64,000 nucleotides of DNA from assembly GCA_964385055.1 (NCBI GenBank), contig CAYLMH010000001.1, positions 30,111 through 94,110 of the forward strand, given 5' to 3'. Position 1 is the stretch's first letter; every line of letters begins with the position of its first letter. This DNA comes from an uncultured Methanosarcinales archaeon (GTDB lineage Archaea > Nanobdellota > Nanobdellia > Woesearchaeales > DSVV01). Made by a program: the position numbers and the translations under genes. A model generated the notes under the pieces. That model was not told the origin of the DNA. It made no database searches and saw nothing but the letters and a program-made list of their open reading frames with translations. Positions 29,666-39,792 of this stretch are shown in pieces.

Positions 29666-31378
29666 AGTATGGAAAAAAAAGAAATACTGTTTTTAAGTGT
29701 GATGATAGTGGCTGTCTTTTTTGGACAACTCTATATCGCAGACCGTGTTCTGTTTGGAGATGATTATATTTTTGCAGAATTAGCAAAAAACAATGAATTC
29801 TTCTTTACAGAAAATGCGCATCCACCACTTCCTGTGTGGTCTGATATCACCATAACAGATATTTTTCAATTAACCAACAGAACAATGCGCTTGACATCAA
29901 TTATTTTTGCGACACTAACCATCCCTTTGGTCTATCTATTAGCAAAAAAGACAATTGGACAGAAAGCTGCATGGATTGCAGCACTGATTGTAGGATTTTC
30001 TGCGTGGCATATTCGTGCGTCGCAGATGAATAGTGGCTCTGATGGAGGCATGTTTACATTCTTTTTTTATTGTACTATTTACTTTTTCATAACGTCCTTA
30101 GAAACAAACCAGATAAAAGACAAAGTAGCAACAGGAATTGTGTTTGGCTTAACTATGTTGAGTAAAGAAACAGGAGTATTGCTGATTCCCATATGTGGAT
30201 TATATTATTGCTATTCTATTTGGAAAAAGAAAGAAACAACTACCTCCATAAAGGCAAAAATAACAAAGGGAGCAAAAGATGCAACAATAATACTTTTTAT
30301 TGGGCTGCTGGTTTGGAGTATTTTCCCTGTTCTAGACATGATTTATAATGAAAGCCAGAGTGTCAATGCAATTGTAAGCAGAATAAACACAGCAGTAATA
30401 GAAAAAGAAGCAGGAACCCATAATTATTGGTTTATGACAGTATTTTCCATATTCAAGCTTCTTCTTTGGACAGGACCACTGTTGCTGATGTTTTCATTGT
30501 TGTCTGTTATAACAAAAAGAGAATGGAAGCAAGAGGGAATTTTCATATTTGTTACTATAGTGAGCATGTTATTTTATTTTATTATCACTCCTCCAAATCT
30601 TGATAGAACACGATATTTAATGATCACAATTCCTGCACTTGCAATACTAAGTGCGAAGTATATGGTGATAAAGACAGAGGAATGGGAATTTAGGAAAAAA
30701 GAATGGATAACAGTTGCAGTGTTAAGTGTCATTTTTTTCAGTGCATTCTTGTTTATGAATCAAAATAAAGTAATTGCTTCTTATGAAAGTCAAGAAAATC
30801 CCATTGCATTATTGAAGCAGAGAAATCTTGATTTTTCTATCCCCATATTCACAGAAACAGATAATTCTGGATTTTTATTGCATTTTGGTATTTTCGCTGC
30901 GGCATATGTAATAACTGCACTTGCCTGTGTTCTTTTGCTGCTGAAAAATAAGACAATGGGAAAGATGGTGTTCATTATTGTTCTCAGTATGGGTATTGGA
31001 TATAATTTTGTTGTTGCAGAGGAGTATAGCCTGCACTGGACAAGTCCTAATTATAGTGATGGCATTAAAGAAGTAATCCAATACACAGAGGAAAATCAAC
31101 TTGCAGAACCGTTGTATCTTCTCAAAAACTACGAATTGCAATGGTATTTAGAAGATAAATATACAATGTTCATAAGCGATTATGGCATTTCTGAAACAAA
31201 TGAAGAAAAGATAAAGGAGTTTGAACAGAAGCTACAGAGTGGTGGAACAGTAATTTTCTCAGATATGCCACCGATGGATAAGAATGGGTTATTGTGGAAA
31301 ACAATAAATCAACAGTGTGTTGCAGAGTATACTGTTGTTGATAAGGGAATTGAGATTGGGTGGGTTTGGAGTTGTTGA
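29666..31378 (+). CDS. GT-C glycosyltransferase, ArnT/PMT (GT39/GT83)-like polytopic membrane protein
   Basis: TIPLVYLLAKKTIGQKAAWIAALIVGFSAWHIRASQ is a PMT_2-like region. It has at least 11 TM segments and a C-terminal soluble domain. Confidence 0.55.
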   Translation, partial: SMEKKEILFLSVMIVAVFFGQLYIADRVLFGDDYIFAELAKNNEFFFTENAHPPLPVWSDITITDIFQLTNRTMRLTSIIFATLTIPLVYLLAKKTIGQKAAWIAALIVGFSAWHIRASQMNSGSDGGMFTFFFYCTIYFFITSLETNQIKDKVATGIVFGLTMLSKETGVLLIPICGLYYCYSIWKKKETTTSIKAKITKGAKDATIILFIGLLVWSIFPVLDMIYNESQSVNAIVSRINTAVIEKEAGTHNYWFMTVFSIFKLLLWTGPLLLMFSLLSVITKREWKQEGIFIFVTIVSMLFYFIITPPNLDRTRYLMITIPALAILSAKYMVIKTEEWEFRKKEWITVAVLSVIFFSAFLFMNQNKVIASYESQENPIALLKQRNLDFSIPIFTETDNSGFLLHFGIFAAAYVITALACVLLLLKNKTMGKMVFIIVLSMGIGYNFVVAEEYSLHWTSPNYSDGIKEVIQYTEENQLAEPLYLLKNYELQWYLEDKYTMFISDYGISETNEEKIKEFEQKLQSGGTVIFSDMPPMDKNGLLWKTINQQCVAEYTVVDKGIEIGWVWSC

Positions 31379-31435
31379 AGCACAAGTCCATTTCAAAAAA
31401 ATAAACGAAAATTTAAATATCTCCATTCCTTTGTT

Positions 31436-31969
31436 TTGATTATGGTTATAAAAAAAGTAAACTATTCTAATATCATATCTCCTAAAAACTTTATCCTTTT
31501 GTCTGTCCTTTCTTTTGGTGTCTATCAGTATTTATGGTTTTATAGAAATTGGACTTATTTTGAAGAGAAAGAAAAAATGGACATTTATCCTCTATTTAGG
31601 GTATTGTTAGCTATTTTCTTTGCATATCAATTTTTTAAAAAAGTATTAATCTCTGCTAAGAAGAAAGGATACAAACAATATTACTCCCCTGTATTGATTG
31701 CTGTCCTTTGGATTTTATTTGTTTTAATAGGAAGATTTAATTTTAGATCCAATGATAATACAAACACTTATTTTATAATTTTTTTTATAGCATTGTTTCA
31801 GATTGCCTTTCTTTTACCGGTATTACGTGCACTTAATTTTTATTATAGTAAAGTTGAGAAACATTGTGTAAAACGATCATTAGAATGGTGGCATATCTTG
31901 TTCATTATCTTCTTTCTCCTTCTTTGGGTTGTACTATTATTAAGTTTATTTTTAGTATATGTCTTATGA
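31436..31969 (+). CDS. Small integral membrane protein, hypothetical
   Basis: Four to five hydrophobic helices and no recognizable family. Confidence 0.4.
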   Translation: MIMVIKKVNYSNIISPKNFILLSVLSFGVYQYLWFYRNWTYFEEKEKMDIYPLFRVLLAIFFAYQFFKKVLISAKKKGYKQYYSPVLIAVLWILFVLIGRFNFRSNDNTNTYFIIFFIALFQIAFLLPVLRALNFYYSKVEKHCVKRSLEWWHILFIIFFLLLWVVLLLSLFLVYVL

Positions 31970-32010
31970 ATACAACTAAGCTGATAAAAGAGTGAAGATT
32001 GGATGGGCAT

Positions 32011-32763
32011 TTAGTTGTTAGGGATCGGACCACAATAATTATACTGAAAGCGTGAAAGTTTTCTGAATGCTGCTTCATCATCATATCTTTTTGTTTCATG
32101 ATAAAGGTGGACTAAGCGATTCCCCCCAACCCAAACAGGAAAAGCACTATTTGAGAAACGATCTGGGCTGAAAAGAGAAATAAATGCTTCAGGTTTCACA
32201 TCAGAAGCGCTGAGAAGATCTGCCAAATACTGATAGGCTAAGAGACGAGGAGTATCCTGACGATCAGCAGAGAAAAGACCTGGAATAAGTCTATAGTTGT
32301 CTGAGAGTCCAGCAAGGGTACGCTCAAGCATTCCAACATCAAAATGAGTAACGTGGTGAGGAAGAGCATCAATACGAAGGCCGTCCTCAAGAAGAGTATC
32401 AAGATTTTCAGGAAGAGTTTCAGTCTGTACAAAGGAATCAAGATGTTCTAAGTAGTGTGCAATGAAAGCAGCGTTTCGATGCTTTAAAGCAGTGATATAT
32501 CGTGGACCAAAAACAGTGTGTCCTAGAATTGCTGATGCTGCCATTCCAGATAACGCAACAAGAGCCCCATATACAATTCCATGAAAAAAATCATCTCCTG
32601 GGGGTTCTAATCCTGCAAGACATCCACCGATCCCACCAAAAATAAAAATTCCTGGAACATAAAAATAAGATGCAGTGTTCTCTATAAGAGTATTTTTTCG
32701 TAAATGAAAAACTTCTCGTAAACCATAGGGTAAACCATCTTTATAGCGAATATTCAGTTGCAT
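32011..32763 (-). CDS. Hypothetical protein (GC-richer than neighbours; weak patatin-like glycine motif FGGIGGCLAG)
   Basis: Long ORF with a coding-like composition and no confident family. Confidence 0.4.
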   Translation of the reverse strand: MQLNIRYKDGLPYGLREVFHLRKNTLIENTASYFYVPGIFIFGGIGGCLAGLEPPGDDFFHGIVYGALVALSGMAASAILGHTVFGPRYITALKHRNAAFIAHYLEHLDSFVQTETLPENLDTLLEDGLRIDALPHHVTHFDVGMLERTLAGLSDNYRLIPGLFSADRQDTPRLLAYQYLADLLSASDVKPEAFISLFSPDRFSNSAFPVWVGGNRLVHLYHETKRYDDEAAFRKLSRFQYNYCGPIPNN

Positions 32764-32852
32764 ACAATAGAGAGAAAAACAAGTCTTAATATTCTTACCC
32801 TAAGAAAAAAGTAAGGCAAAAACCTTAAAAAGAGCCATGAATTCTTTTCTGC

Positions 32853-33659
32853 ATGGCGTTATCTTTTTTCTTACCAAACGTAAAGAAGAAATCAACAAAA
32901 GATTATATAATAGAGATTCTTGCAGAAGAAAAAGCGTTAACAAATCAAAAGATCTACAACGTATTAAGAAAAAAGTACGGAGTTGCAAAAAGTTATCAGA
33001 CAATACGTCAAGCGTTAGTAGAGTTAACAGAAATAGGAGTTCTTGAGAAAAAAAAGAAAGAATATTCTATTTCTATTCAATGGATAAAAACAAGCGAGGA
33101 ATTCATTATCTTTCTGAGAAAGAAGTACATTGAGAAGAAAGAAGTCAAGATTATTGATAAAGATACAAAAGAGTTAACGCTGAAATCACTATATGAATTA
33201 GGACATTTTGTGTTATATGGTTTTAAAGAGCATTTTTTTGATATGGAGCAAGAAAATGATCTGTACATGTTTGTCCACCATCTCTGGTTCCCATTCCTTG
33301 ACAAACAAAAGCGAGACCTCTTGAGAAATTTTTTTTCAAGAAACAAGAATACAATATACGTAAAGAACTCATATTTCCTTGACAAAATTCTCGCAATGTT
33401 CTATAAAGAATATGGAAAAGTACTCCTTAACGTAAAATATGATGAATTTTTCGACATTATTATTCAAGGAAATTGTATTGCAAAAATATACCTTCCAAAA
33501 GAGTTACGAGAAAGAATGGATAAGTTGTATCGTTTTAGAAATTTGAATTTTGCAGTTATAGATGAATTAAGTGATATGACATTCGCTAATTACAACATAC
33601 GAGTTCTTATAACAAGAGACAAAGAGATGGTCGAAGAAATAAAAGAGAAATTAAAGTGA
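32853..33659 (+). CDS. Putative winged-helix DNA-binding protein (wHTH N-terminus) with an uncharacterized C-terminal domain
   Basis: N-terminal YIIEILAEEKALTNQKIYNVLRKKYGVAKSYQTIRQALVELTEIGVLEK is typical of archaeal wHTH regulators. Confidence 0.45.
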   Translation: MALSFFLPNVKKKSTKDYIIEILAEEKALTNQKIYNVLRKKYGVAKSYQTIRQALVELTEIGVLEKKKKEYSISIQWIKTSEEFIIFLRKKYIEKKEVKIIDKDTKELTLKSLYELGHFVLYGFKEHFFDMEQENDLYMFVHHLWFPFLDKQKRDLLRNFFSRNKNTIYVKNSYFLDKILAMFYKEYGKVLLNVKYDEFFDIIIQGNCIAKIYLPKELRERMDKLYRFRNLNFAVIDELSDMTFANYNIRVLITRDKEMVEEIKEKLK

Positions 33660-33682
33660 AAAAAACAAAGAAGCAATAACTG

Positions 33683-34627
33683 TTAATGAATCCTCTGTTT
33701 CCCTACGACAAACCCCTTCCACATAACTAAGAGCGTCGCAAACCAAACAAAAGTATAGACAAACGGAACAAAAACCAATCGCACATCACAAACATGACGA
33801 ACAACATTCACGTGAGTAATATTCGCAAGTAAAAAGATAATGCCAAATATCCCCAAACTCACAGACATATTGAAAAACAAAAACACAAAGAAGAACAACA
33901 CAAGTACTGTCTTCAACAAATCATAAAATAACTGAAACCCCATTTTAAAGAAATACTTCCGATGGAGAACACCCATTGCTTCATGACAGCGTAAGAATGT
34001 TTTAATAAACTTCCAGAGAGAATCATTATGCGGCGCGTGCACATGAGAAACAACTGCGGAAGAAACAACAAATTTGCCATACGCCCGCATCTTCATAAAA
34101 AGATCAGAATCCTCGCCAGCAGTCAAATACGTTTTGTTGTCAAACAATCCACATTCTTCCACAACAGAGGTCTTATACGCAGTTGCGCGTTCATGAATCG
34201 TTTTCTGCAGCTGTAATTCAGGAACAGCGAACACTTTGTGCCAGAAAGAAAACTGCTGCCAAATTTCTCGAGGCAATTGCTGCTGGGACGCGGACAACAC
34301 CACGTGAGGATCGTTAAACGGCTGCATAAGAGCAGACAACCAACCAGCGTCCGCAGGAACACAGTCCTGATGAAGCGTAATAACATACTCTGTCTTCGCT
34401 AATAGAATCCCTTTATTTAATGAACCAGCAAGTCCAAGATTCGTTTCATTTTTAATATAAGTAATACCGCGAGGCATTTCATTCTTCCTATCGCGATCTC
34501 CATTATCAAGAGCAATAATAGTGACTTTTCCAGTATATTTCTGTTTCTTCAACGCACGAACAACAGTATCAATAGGGGCAGAGTGTGTCGGAATGACTAT
34601 GGTCACATGTGGTTCTTTTTGTTTCAT
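33683..34627 (-). CDS. GT2 glycosyltransferase with C-terminal TM helices
   Basis: HVTIVIPTHSAPIDTVVRALKKQ..TIIALDNGD and a DxD-like region, with a hydrophobic C-terminus. Confidence 0.7.
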   Translation of the reverse strand: MKQKEPHVTIVIPTHSAPIDTVVRALKKQKYTGKVTIIALDNGDRDRKNEMPRGITYIKNETNLGLAGSLNKGILLAKTEYVITLHQDCVPADAGWLSALMQPFNDPHVVLSASQQQLPREIWQQFSFWHKVFAVPELQLQKTIHERATAYKTSVVEECGLFDNKTYLTAGEDSDLFMKMRAYGKFVVSSAVVSHVHAPHNDSLWKFIKTFLRCHEAMGVLHRKYFFKMGFQLFYDLLKTVLVLFFFVFLFFNMSVSLGIFGIIFLLANITHVNVVRHVCDVRLVFVPFVYTFVWFATLLVMWKGFVVGKQRIH

Positions 34628-36810
34628 TTCAATCCCTTCTCCTTAAAAAACGAATCAACAGTCTCATTCACAAAAGCCAATTGTTCAGCAGTTAATCCTG
34701 GATACACACCAATAAAAAACGTGTGCGTCATAATAAAATCAGTATTCTTTAAATCACCAACAACACGACAAGTAATCGCTTTATACGCAGGTTGTCTTAA
34801 AAGATTTCCACCAAACAATTCTCTAGTCGCGATCTTACGTCCTTCCAAATACGCGACAAACTCCTTTTTTGTAAATGGCGCATCATGTCGAACAGTAATC
34901 AAATACCCAAACCAGGAAGGATCAGCAGCAGAATGCCTAGAGGGCAATAACAACCATTGATCATACTTCCTAAAATTCGCATCAAGCACAGAAAAATGTT
35001 TCTTGCGAGCAGCAACAAAAGAATCTAATTTATCAAGCTGCGCGACACCAATCGCTGCTTGAATATCAAGAGGCTTCAAATTATAGCCAATATGCGAATA
35101 AATATATTTGTGATCATAGCCCTCAGGAAGATCGCCCAGTTTCCAGCAAAAGCGTTTACCGCAGGTATTCGCAACACCTGGCGCGCACCAGCAATCTCTG
35201 CCCCAATCACGAAGAGATTCCATAATCTTCTTCAAAATAGGGTTATTCGTAAACACAGCGCCACCTTCACCCATCGTAATGTGATGCGCAGGATAAAAAC
35301 TCAACGTGCCAATGTCACCAAACGTACCGACATGTTGACCATTGTATGTACTTCCAAGAGCGTCGCAGCAATCTTCAATCAAAAATAAACCATGGTCGCG
35401 AGCAAACGCGCTAATCGCATCCAGCGCGTATGGCATCCCTAAGGTGTGCGCAACAACAATTGCTTTTGTTTTTGGACTCATTGCCTGCTTAATCTTTTCC
35501 AAAGAAATATCATACGTTCCAAGTTCAATGTCAACAAACACAGGAACTAAATTATTCATAATAATCGGATTCACCGTCGTGGGAAAGCCCGCGGCAAGCG
35601 TGATCACTTCATCGCCTGGTTTTAATTGCCTCTCTCCTAAAAGCGGAGAACAAAGCGCGGAAACAGCGAGTAAGTTCGCAGAAGAGCCAGAGTTTGCCAA
35701 TAAAGCAAATTTTGCCCCAACTTTTTCTCCTAATTTTTTACAAAATTTCTGATCCCACGGACCAAGTGTTAACCAGAAATCAAGAGACGCGTCCACTGCG
35801 TTTTGAATCTCAGCGCTATCAAAAACTCTACCTGCGTATGGAACAGCGGATTTCCCAGGAACAAAAGGATCCGCAGCAAACGCTTTTTCCCAATACTGTT
35901 TGACAGAAGAAACGATGTTCTTTTTCAACGCAGTTCCTTTCTGCGATCGAGTTGCTTTCATTTCCTGCAACGCAGTAAACGGCGTTTTGAACACCATACC
36001 TAGTTCTGCTTCAATCTTTGTGCAAACAAGTCCGCCTTTTCGTGGTCTATTCGCAGGTTGCTTCAATGCTTCTGTGCTAATAGATTTGATCAAATTTTTA
36101 TCTAATCCAAAAACAAGTGCAATCTTTTCCGCAAACGCAAGCCTAGACATATATTCTGGACCAGCAGTATGATACAAACCAGTCTTCTTTGCTTCTGTTA
36201 ACAGAACAAGCGCGCGAGCAAGATCAGAAACAAACGTAGGAGTCGCGTATTGATCACAAACAACAGGACTTTCTTTTCCTTCTTCGAGTGTTTTGATAAA
36301 TTTCGCAACAAAATTCTTTCCAGCAGCTTCCCAGCCATACACGGTCGTTGTTCGCGCAATGCAACCAAGAGTTGGTAATTTCGCAAGAACGTCCTGCTCA
36401 ACCTGCAGTTTGTGTTGACCATACACATTTAATGGATGAACAGAAGCGTCTTCTGTATACGGACCATCTTGTCCATCAAAAACATAATCTGTCGAAACAA
36501 AAAGATAATATTTCTGCTGTTTCGCACACCAATCAATAATGTGCTGCGACCCAAGAAGATTAATCTTTTCAGATTCCTGTGGCTGTTGTTCACAAAAATC
36601 AACCCACGGCTGCGCAGCAGGCTGAATCACTGCGTCAGGAAGAAGCGTGTTCAGTACTCTCTCCACTTCTTCTTTATTAGTAATGTCAAGTTTAATCATC
36701 CCTGGAAGAGGAGTTTTACAATACGTTCCAAACACCTCGTGATTCTCGTGAAACGCAGTATAGGTTTCATTGCCCACAAATCCGCTTGCGCCAATAACAA
36801 GGATTCTCAT
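34624..36810 (-). CDS. Fusion of an RmlD-like SDR reductase (N-terminus) and a DegT/DnrJ/EryC1/StrS-family PLP/PMP-dependent sugar aminotransferase/dehydrase (C-terminus)
   Basis: N-terminal MRILVIGASGFVGNE plus YHTAGPEYMSRLAFAEKI resemble dTDP-4-dehydrorhamnose reductase. The C-terminal ~430 aa (ALLANSGSSANLLAVSAL, ..FYPAHHITMGEGGAV..) are DegT-family. It is one continuous 741-aa ORF, and its ATG abuts the upstream gene's stop. Confidence 0.75.
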   Translation of the reverse strand: MRILVIGASGFVGNETYTAFHENHEVFGTYCKTPLPGMIKLDITNKEEVERVLNTLLPDAVIQPAAQPWVDFCEQQPQESEKINLLGSQHIIDWCAKQQKYYLFVSTDYVFDGQDGPYTEDASVHPLNVYGQHKLQVEQDVLAKLPTLGCIARTTTVYGWEAAGKNFVAKFIKTLEEGKESPVVCDQYATPTFVSDLARALVLLTEAKKTGLYHTAGPEYMSRLAFAEKIALVFGLDKNLIKSISTEALKQPANRPRKGGLVCTKIEAELGMVFKTPFTALQEMKATRSQKGTALKKNIVSSVKQYWEKAFAADPFVPGKSAVPYAGRVFDSAEIQNAVDASLDFWLTLGPWDQKFCKKLGEKVGAKFALLANSGSSANLLAVSALCSPLLGERQLKPGDEVITLAAGFPTTVNPIIMNNLVPVFVDIELGTYDISLEKIKQAMSPKTKAIVVAHTLGMPYALDAISAFARDHGLFLIEDCCDALGSTYNGQHVGTFGDIGTLSFYPAHHITMGEGGAVFTNNPILKKIMESLRDWGRDCWCAPGVANTCGKRFCWKLGDLPEGYDHKYIYSHIGYNLKPLDIQAAIGVAQLDKLDSFVAARKKHFSVLDANFRKYDQWLLLPSRHSAADPSWFGYLITVRHDAPFTKKEFVAYLEGRKIATRELFGGNLLRQPAYKAITCRVVGDLKNTDFIMTHTFFIGVYPGLTAEQLAFVNETVDSFFKEKGLK

Positions 36811-36811
36811 G

Positions 36812-37822
36812 TTAGAAATACTCCGCTTCTCGACCTTTATAGAACGCATGCGTTTGTTTCAATCCTTCTTGTAAAGAGGTCTTTGGCCACCAACCAAGCA
36901 TTCGATGGATTTTTGCAGGATTGACCACAAAATCGCCGATCTCAATTGCTTTGCGGCTAGTGTCCCACTCTTTTTTCTCAATAACCATAGAAGAGCCAAC
37001 AACAGAAAGAATAGTGTTGCACATATCAATGAATTTCGTCTCGTGATTGCTGCCTAAGAAAAACATTTCACCAATCGCTTCTTGTTTTTGCGCAACAAGC
37101 AGCAATGCATCCACAACATCCTGCACATAATTATAATCACGAGTTTGCAGTCCTTCACCATTAATACTGATTTGTTCATTGCACATTGCTTTACGCAAAA
37201 AGAAATTGACAATCCCATAATCCCCATGCTTCATGTCTGCGCGTTCACCATACGTATTGTTAATGCGCACAACGCAGGTATTCATCCCATGCATGCGATG
37301 ATAGAGTAAATAGTATTTTTCAACAGCAAGTTTGTTGATCCCATTAATATCCATTGGACTTGTAGGATGTTCTTCAGTAATAGGTTTGTGCACCATCTTG
37401 CCCACAGCGCCGCGAGTGCCTGCATAAATTAAAATAGCGTTTTTGTTGAACTGCCGCACAGTCTCAAGAACGTTCATGCCGCCGCGTAAGGTAATGTCAA
37501 TATCGAGCTGCGGATCTTTAACAGAAATAAGATGACTGACTTGCGCGGCGCAGTCGTAAATAACATCCTGCCCTACAACTGCCAATTGCAATGCAGCGAC
37601 ATCGCGGGTATCTCCTTTGATAAATGTAATATGATCACGAATTTCTTTGATGTTTGCAAAATTCCAGCCATACGGATCAAGACATGCGTCGTAAATAGTC
37701 ACAGATGCCCCTAAACCAACGCAGCGCTGTGCGATGTTGCTTCCAATAAAGCCAAGTCCTCCAATAACTAAAACGTTCTTGCCATCCATTCTTTCAAGAG
37801 TGTAATTTTCGTTCATGTTCAT
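36812..37822 (-). CDS. NAD-dependent nucleotide-sugar epimerase/dehydratase (SDR)
   Basis: VLVIGGLGFIGSNIAQRCV Rossmann motif and YAGTRGAVG. Confidence 0.8.
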   Translation of the reverse strand: MNMNENYTLERMDGKNVLVIGGLGFIGSNIAQRCVGLGASVTIYDACLDPYGWNFANIKEIRDHITFIKGDTRDVAALQLAVVGQDVIYDCAAQVSHLISVKDPQLDIDITLRGGMNVLETVRQFNKNAILIYAGTRGAVGKMVHKPITEEHPTSPMDINGINKLAVEKYYLLYHRMHGMNTCVVRINNTYGERADMKHGDYGIVNFFLRKAMCNEQISINGEGLQTRDYNYVQDVVDALLLVAQKQEAIGEMFFLGSNHETKFIDMCNTILSVVGSSMVIEKKEWDTSRKAIEIGDFVVNPAKIHRMLGWWPKTSLQEGLKQTHAFYKGREAEYF

Positions 37823-37923
37823 TTACCTTATTTTTTTATTACTCGTTGCTTTTGAATCGCTCAATCATTCAGATTCGCCATGCAGGCTTTTGAATCACCA
37901 TGCTTTTTTGTATTTTTTTAATG

Positions 37924-38931
37924 TCAGTCATCATCAGATGCAGGTGAATTTTTCTTCTTATCAAAATAATCATGATACCACGCAATCGTTTCCCGCAACC
38001 CTTCTTCAATGCCGTGTCGTGCTTTCCAGCTAAGAACACGCAATGCTTTATCGCTGGACAAATATTGCGCAGGAATTTCTGCCTTTGCAGTGTTTTGAAC
38101 GTCTGGAGTGAGAGTGCTCTTCATCTGCTGCTGAAGAACCTCAACAACATCAAGGACTTTCATTCGGTTATTCGTGCTAAAATTAAATGCCTGTCCGCGC
38201 ACATCAGCTCGATGCAAATTTTCCGCAAGAAGAATATATGCGTCAATCACATCTTTGATGTAAATGTAATCGCGAATATATTGTCCATCGCTGCGGATAA
38301 TTGGTCGCTCGTTAAAGAGGAACGAACGAATAGTACCAGGAATAATTCTATTAAAATTCAAGTCTCCACCACCATAAATATTGCCACAACGAGTAACAGC
38401 AACAGGTAAGCCATACGTCGCGTAATACGCATGAGCGATCATATCTGCGCATGCTTTAGAAACATCATACGGGTGTTCAGCAAGCAACGGCATTTCTTCA
38501 GAATAGGGAAGAACAGGTTGCGTGCCATACGCTTTATCCGTTGACGCGACAACAATGCGCTGCACAGTACCAACATGTCTGCACGCTTCTAACAAAACCC
38601 ATGTTCCTTTAATGTTTGATTCAAAAGAAGAAAGTGGAGAACGTGTTGCAGTCTGCACAATCGTTTGCGCGCCGAGATGAAACACAGTATCAATTTCATA
38701 TTCATTCAAAATGCGTTCAACAACTTCAATATCAACAAGATCCCCGCGCACAACAATAATTTTTTCAAACACAGGAGAGGAAACAAGCAGCGAATCAGGC
38801 ACCCAATCGCGAATAAGGACAACAACAGTTGCTCCTTTTTGCACAAGTGCATTAGTAAGCCAGCTGCCCAGTAAGCCAGTTGCTCCTGTCACAAAAACGC
38901 GTTTATTTTTCCAGTCAAACATAGTCATCAC
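37924..38931 (-). CDS. CDP-glucose 4,6-dehydratase (RfbG/DdhB-like)
   Basis: KRVFVTGATGLLGSWLTNALVQKGATVVVL and YDVSKACADMIAHAY (YxxxK) follow the RfbG-like layout. Confidence 0.8.
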   Translation of the reverse strand: MMTMFDWKNKRVFVTGATGLLGSWLTNALVQKGATVVVLIRDWVPDSLLVSSPVFEKIIVVRGDLVDIEVVERILNEYEIDTVFHLGAQTIVQTATRSPLSSFESNIKGTWVLLEACRHVGTVQRIVVASTDKAYGTQPVLPYSEEMPLLAEHPYDVSKACADMIAHAYYATYGLPVAVTRCGNIYGGGDLNFNRIIPGTIRSFLFNERPIIRSDGQYIRDYIYIKDVIDAYILLAENLHRADVRGQAFNFSTNNRMKVLDVVEVLQQQMKSTLTPDVQNTAKAEIPAQYLSSDKALRVLSWKARHGIEEGLRETIAWYHDYFDKKKNSPASDDD

Positions 38932-38935
38932 AAAA

Positions 38936-39700
38936 TTATTTCCAGATTTTCCAAGGCTTTTCTGTTTGCCAGAGTTTATTCAAATGCAAATAATCTCTGT
39001 ATGTATCCATGCATTGCCAGAACCCATCGTGTTGGTACATCGCAAGTTGCTGTTGTTCAGCAAGCTTGGGAAGCGTGGTAAATTCAAACATATTATCGTC
39101 AAGATGAGAAAAGATTTGCGGAGTAAAAACAAAAAAACCACCGTTAATGCGATCATTTAAGACAGGTTTCTCGACAAATGCGTTGATGATACTCTCTTCG
39201 TTTGTTTTCAATGAACCGTATTTAGAAAGCGGGCGAATACCAGTAATTGTTCCCAACTTTCCTTTTGCTTTGTGGAATTGAAACAAATCTCTAATATTGA
39301 CATCACTAACGCCATCGCCATACGTCACAAAGAAATCATCCTCTCCGATAAAGGGTTGAATAAGTTTAAGTCGTTTTCCCGTAAGCGATTCTTCGCCAGT
39401 ATCAACGCAAGTCACATGCCAATCTTCTGTCGCAGACTCATGAAGCGTGACTGCGCCTGATTTTAAAGAAATAGTGACGTTATTAGTTTGCGTTTTGTAA
39501 TTCAGGAAATAATTTTTGATCATTTCTCCTTTGTAGCCAAGGCAAAGAATAAATTCATTGAACCCATAGTGTGCGTAATGATTCATAATGTGCCAAAGAA
39601 TAGGTTTTCCGCCGATTTCGACAAGGGGTTTTGGCTTGTATTCTGTTTCCTCGCGAAGCCGTGTTCCCATTCCGCCGCATAAAATTACTACTTTTGTCAT
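38936..39700 (-). CDS. rfbF: Glucose-1-phosphate cytidylyltransferase (RfbF/DdhA)
   Basis: MTKVVILCGGMGTRLREETEYKPKPLVEIGGKPILWHIMNHYAHYGFNEFILCLGYKGEMIKNYF matches RfbF almost motif-for-motif. Confidence 0.9.
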   Translation of the reverse strand: MTKVVILCGGMGTRLREETEYKPKPLVEIGGKPILWHIMNHYAHYGFNEFILCLGYKGEMIKNYFLNYKTQTNNVTISLKSGAVTLHESATEDWHVTCVDTGEESLTGKRLKLIQPFIGEDDFFVTYGDGVSDVNIRDLFQFHKAKGKLGTITGIRPLSKYGSLKTNEESIINAFVEKPVLNDRINGGFFVFTPQIFSHLDDNMFEFTTLPKLAEQQQLAMYQHDGFWQCMDTYRDYLHLNKLWQTEKPWKIWK

Positions 39701-39792
39701 AGCTGTTCCCTATCGAGAGAAAAACAAAGAGGCTTTTATAAAGCTTATTGAACAATAATCGAGTGGTTTTCCAAAAAAGAGGAACAAAAACA

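Noticed and set aside
32011-32763. Patatin-like phospholipase call for the 250-aa protein
   Set aside because: The motif FGGIGGCLAG lacks the Arg/Lys of the patatin oxyanion motif (GGxRG). No convincing GxSxG nucleophile elbow is present. The protein is left as hypothetical.
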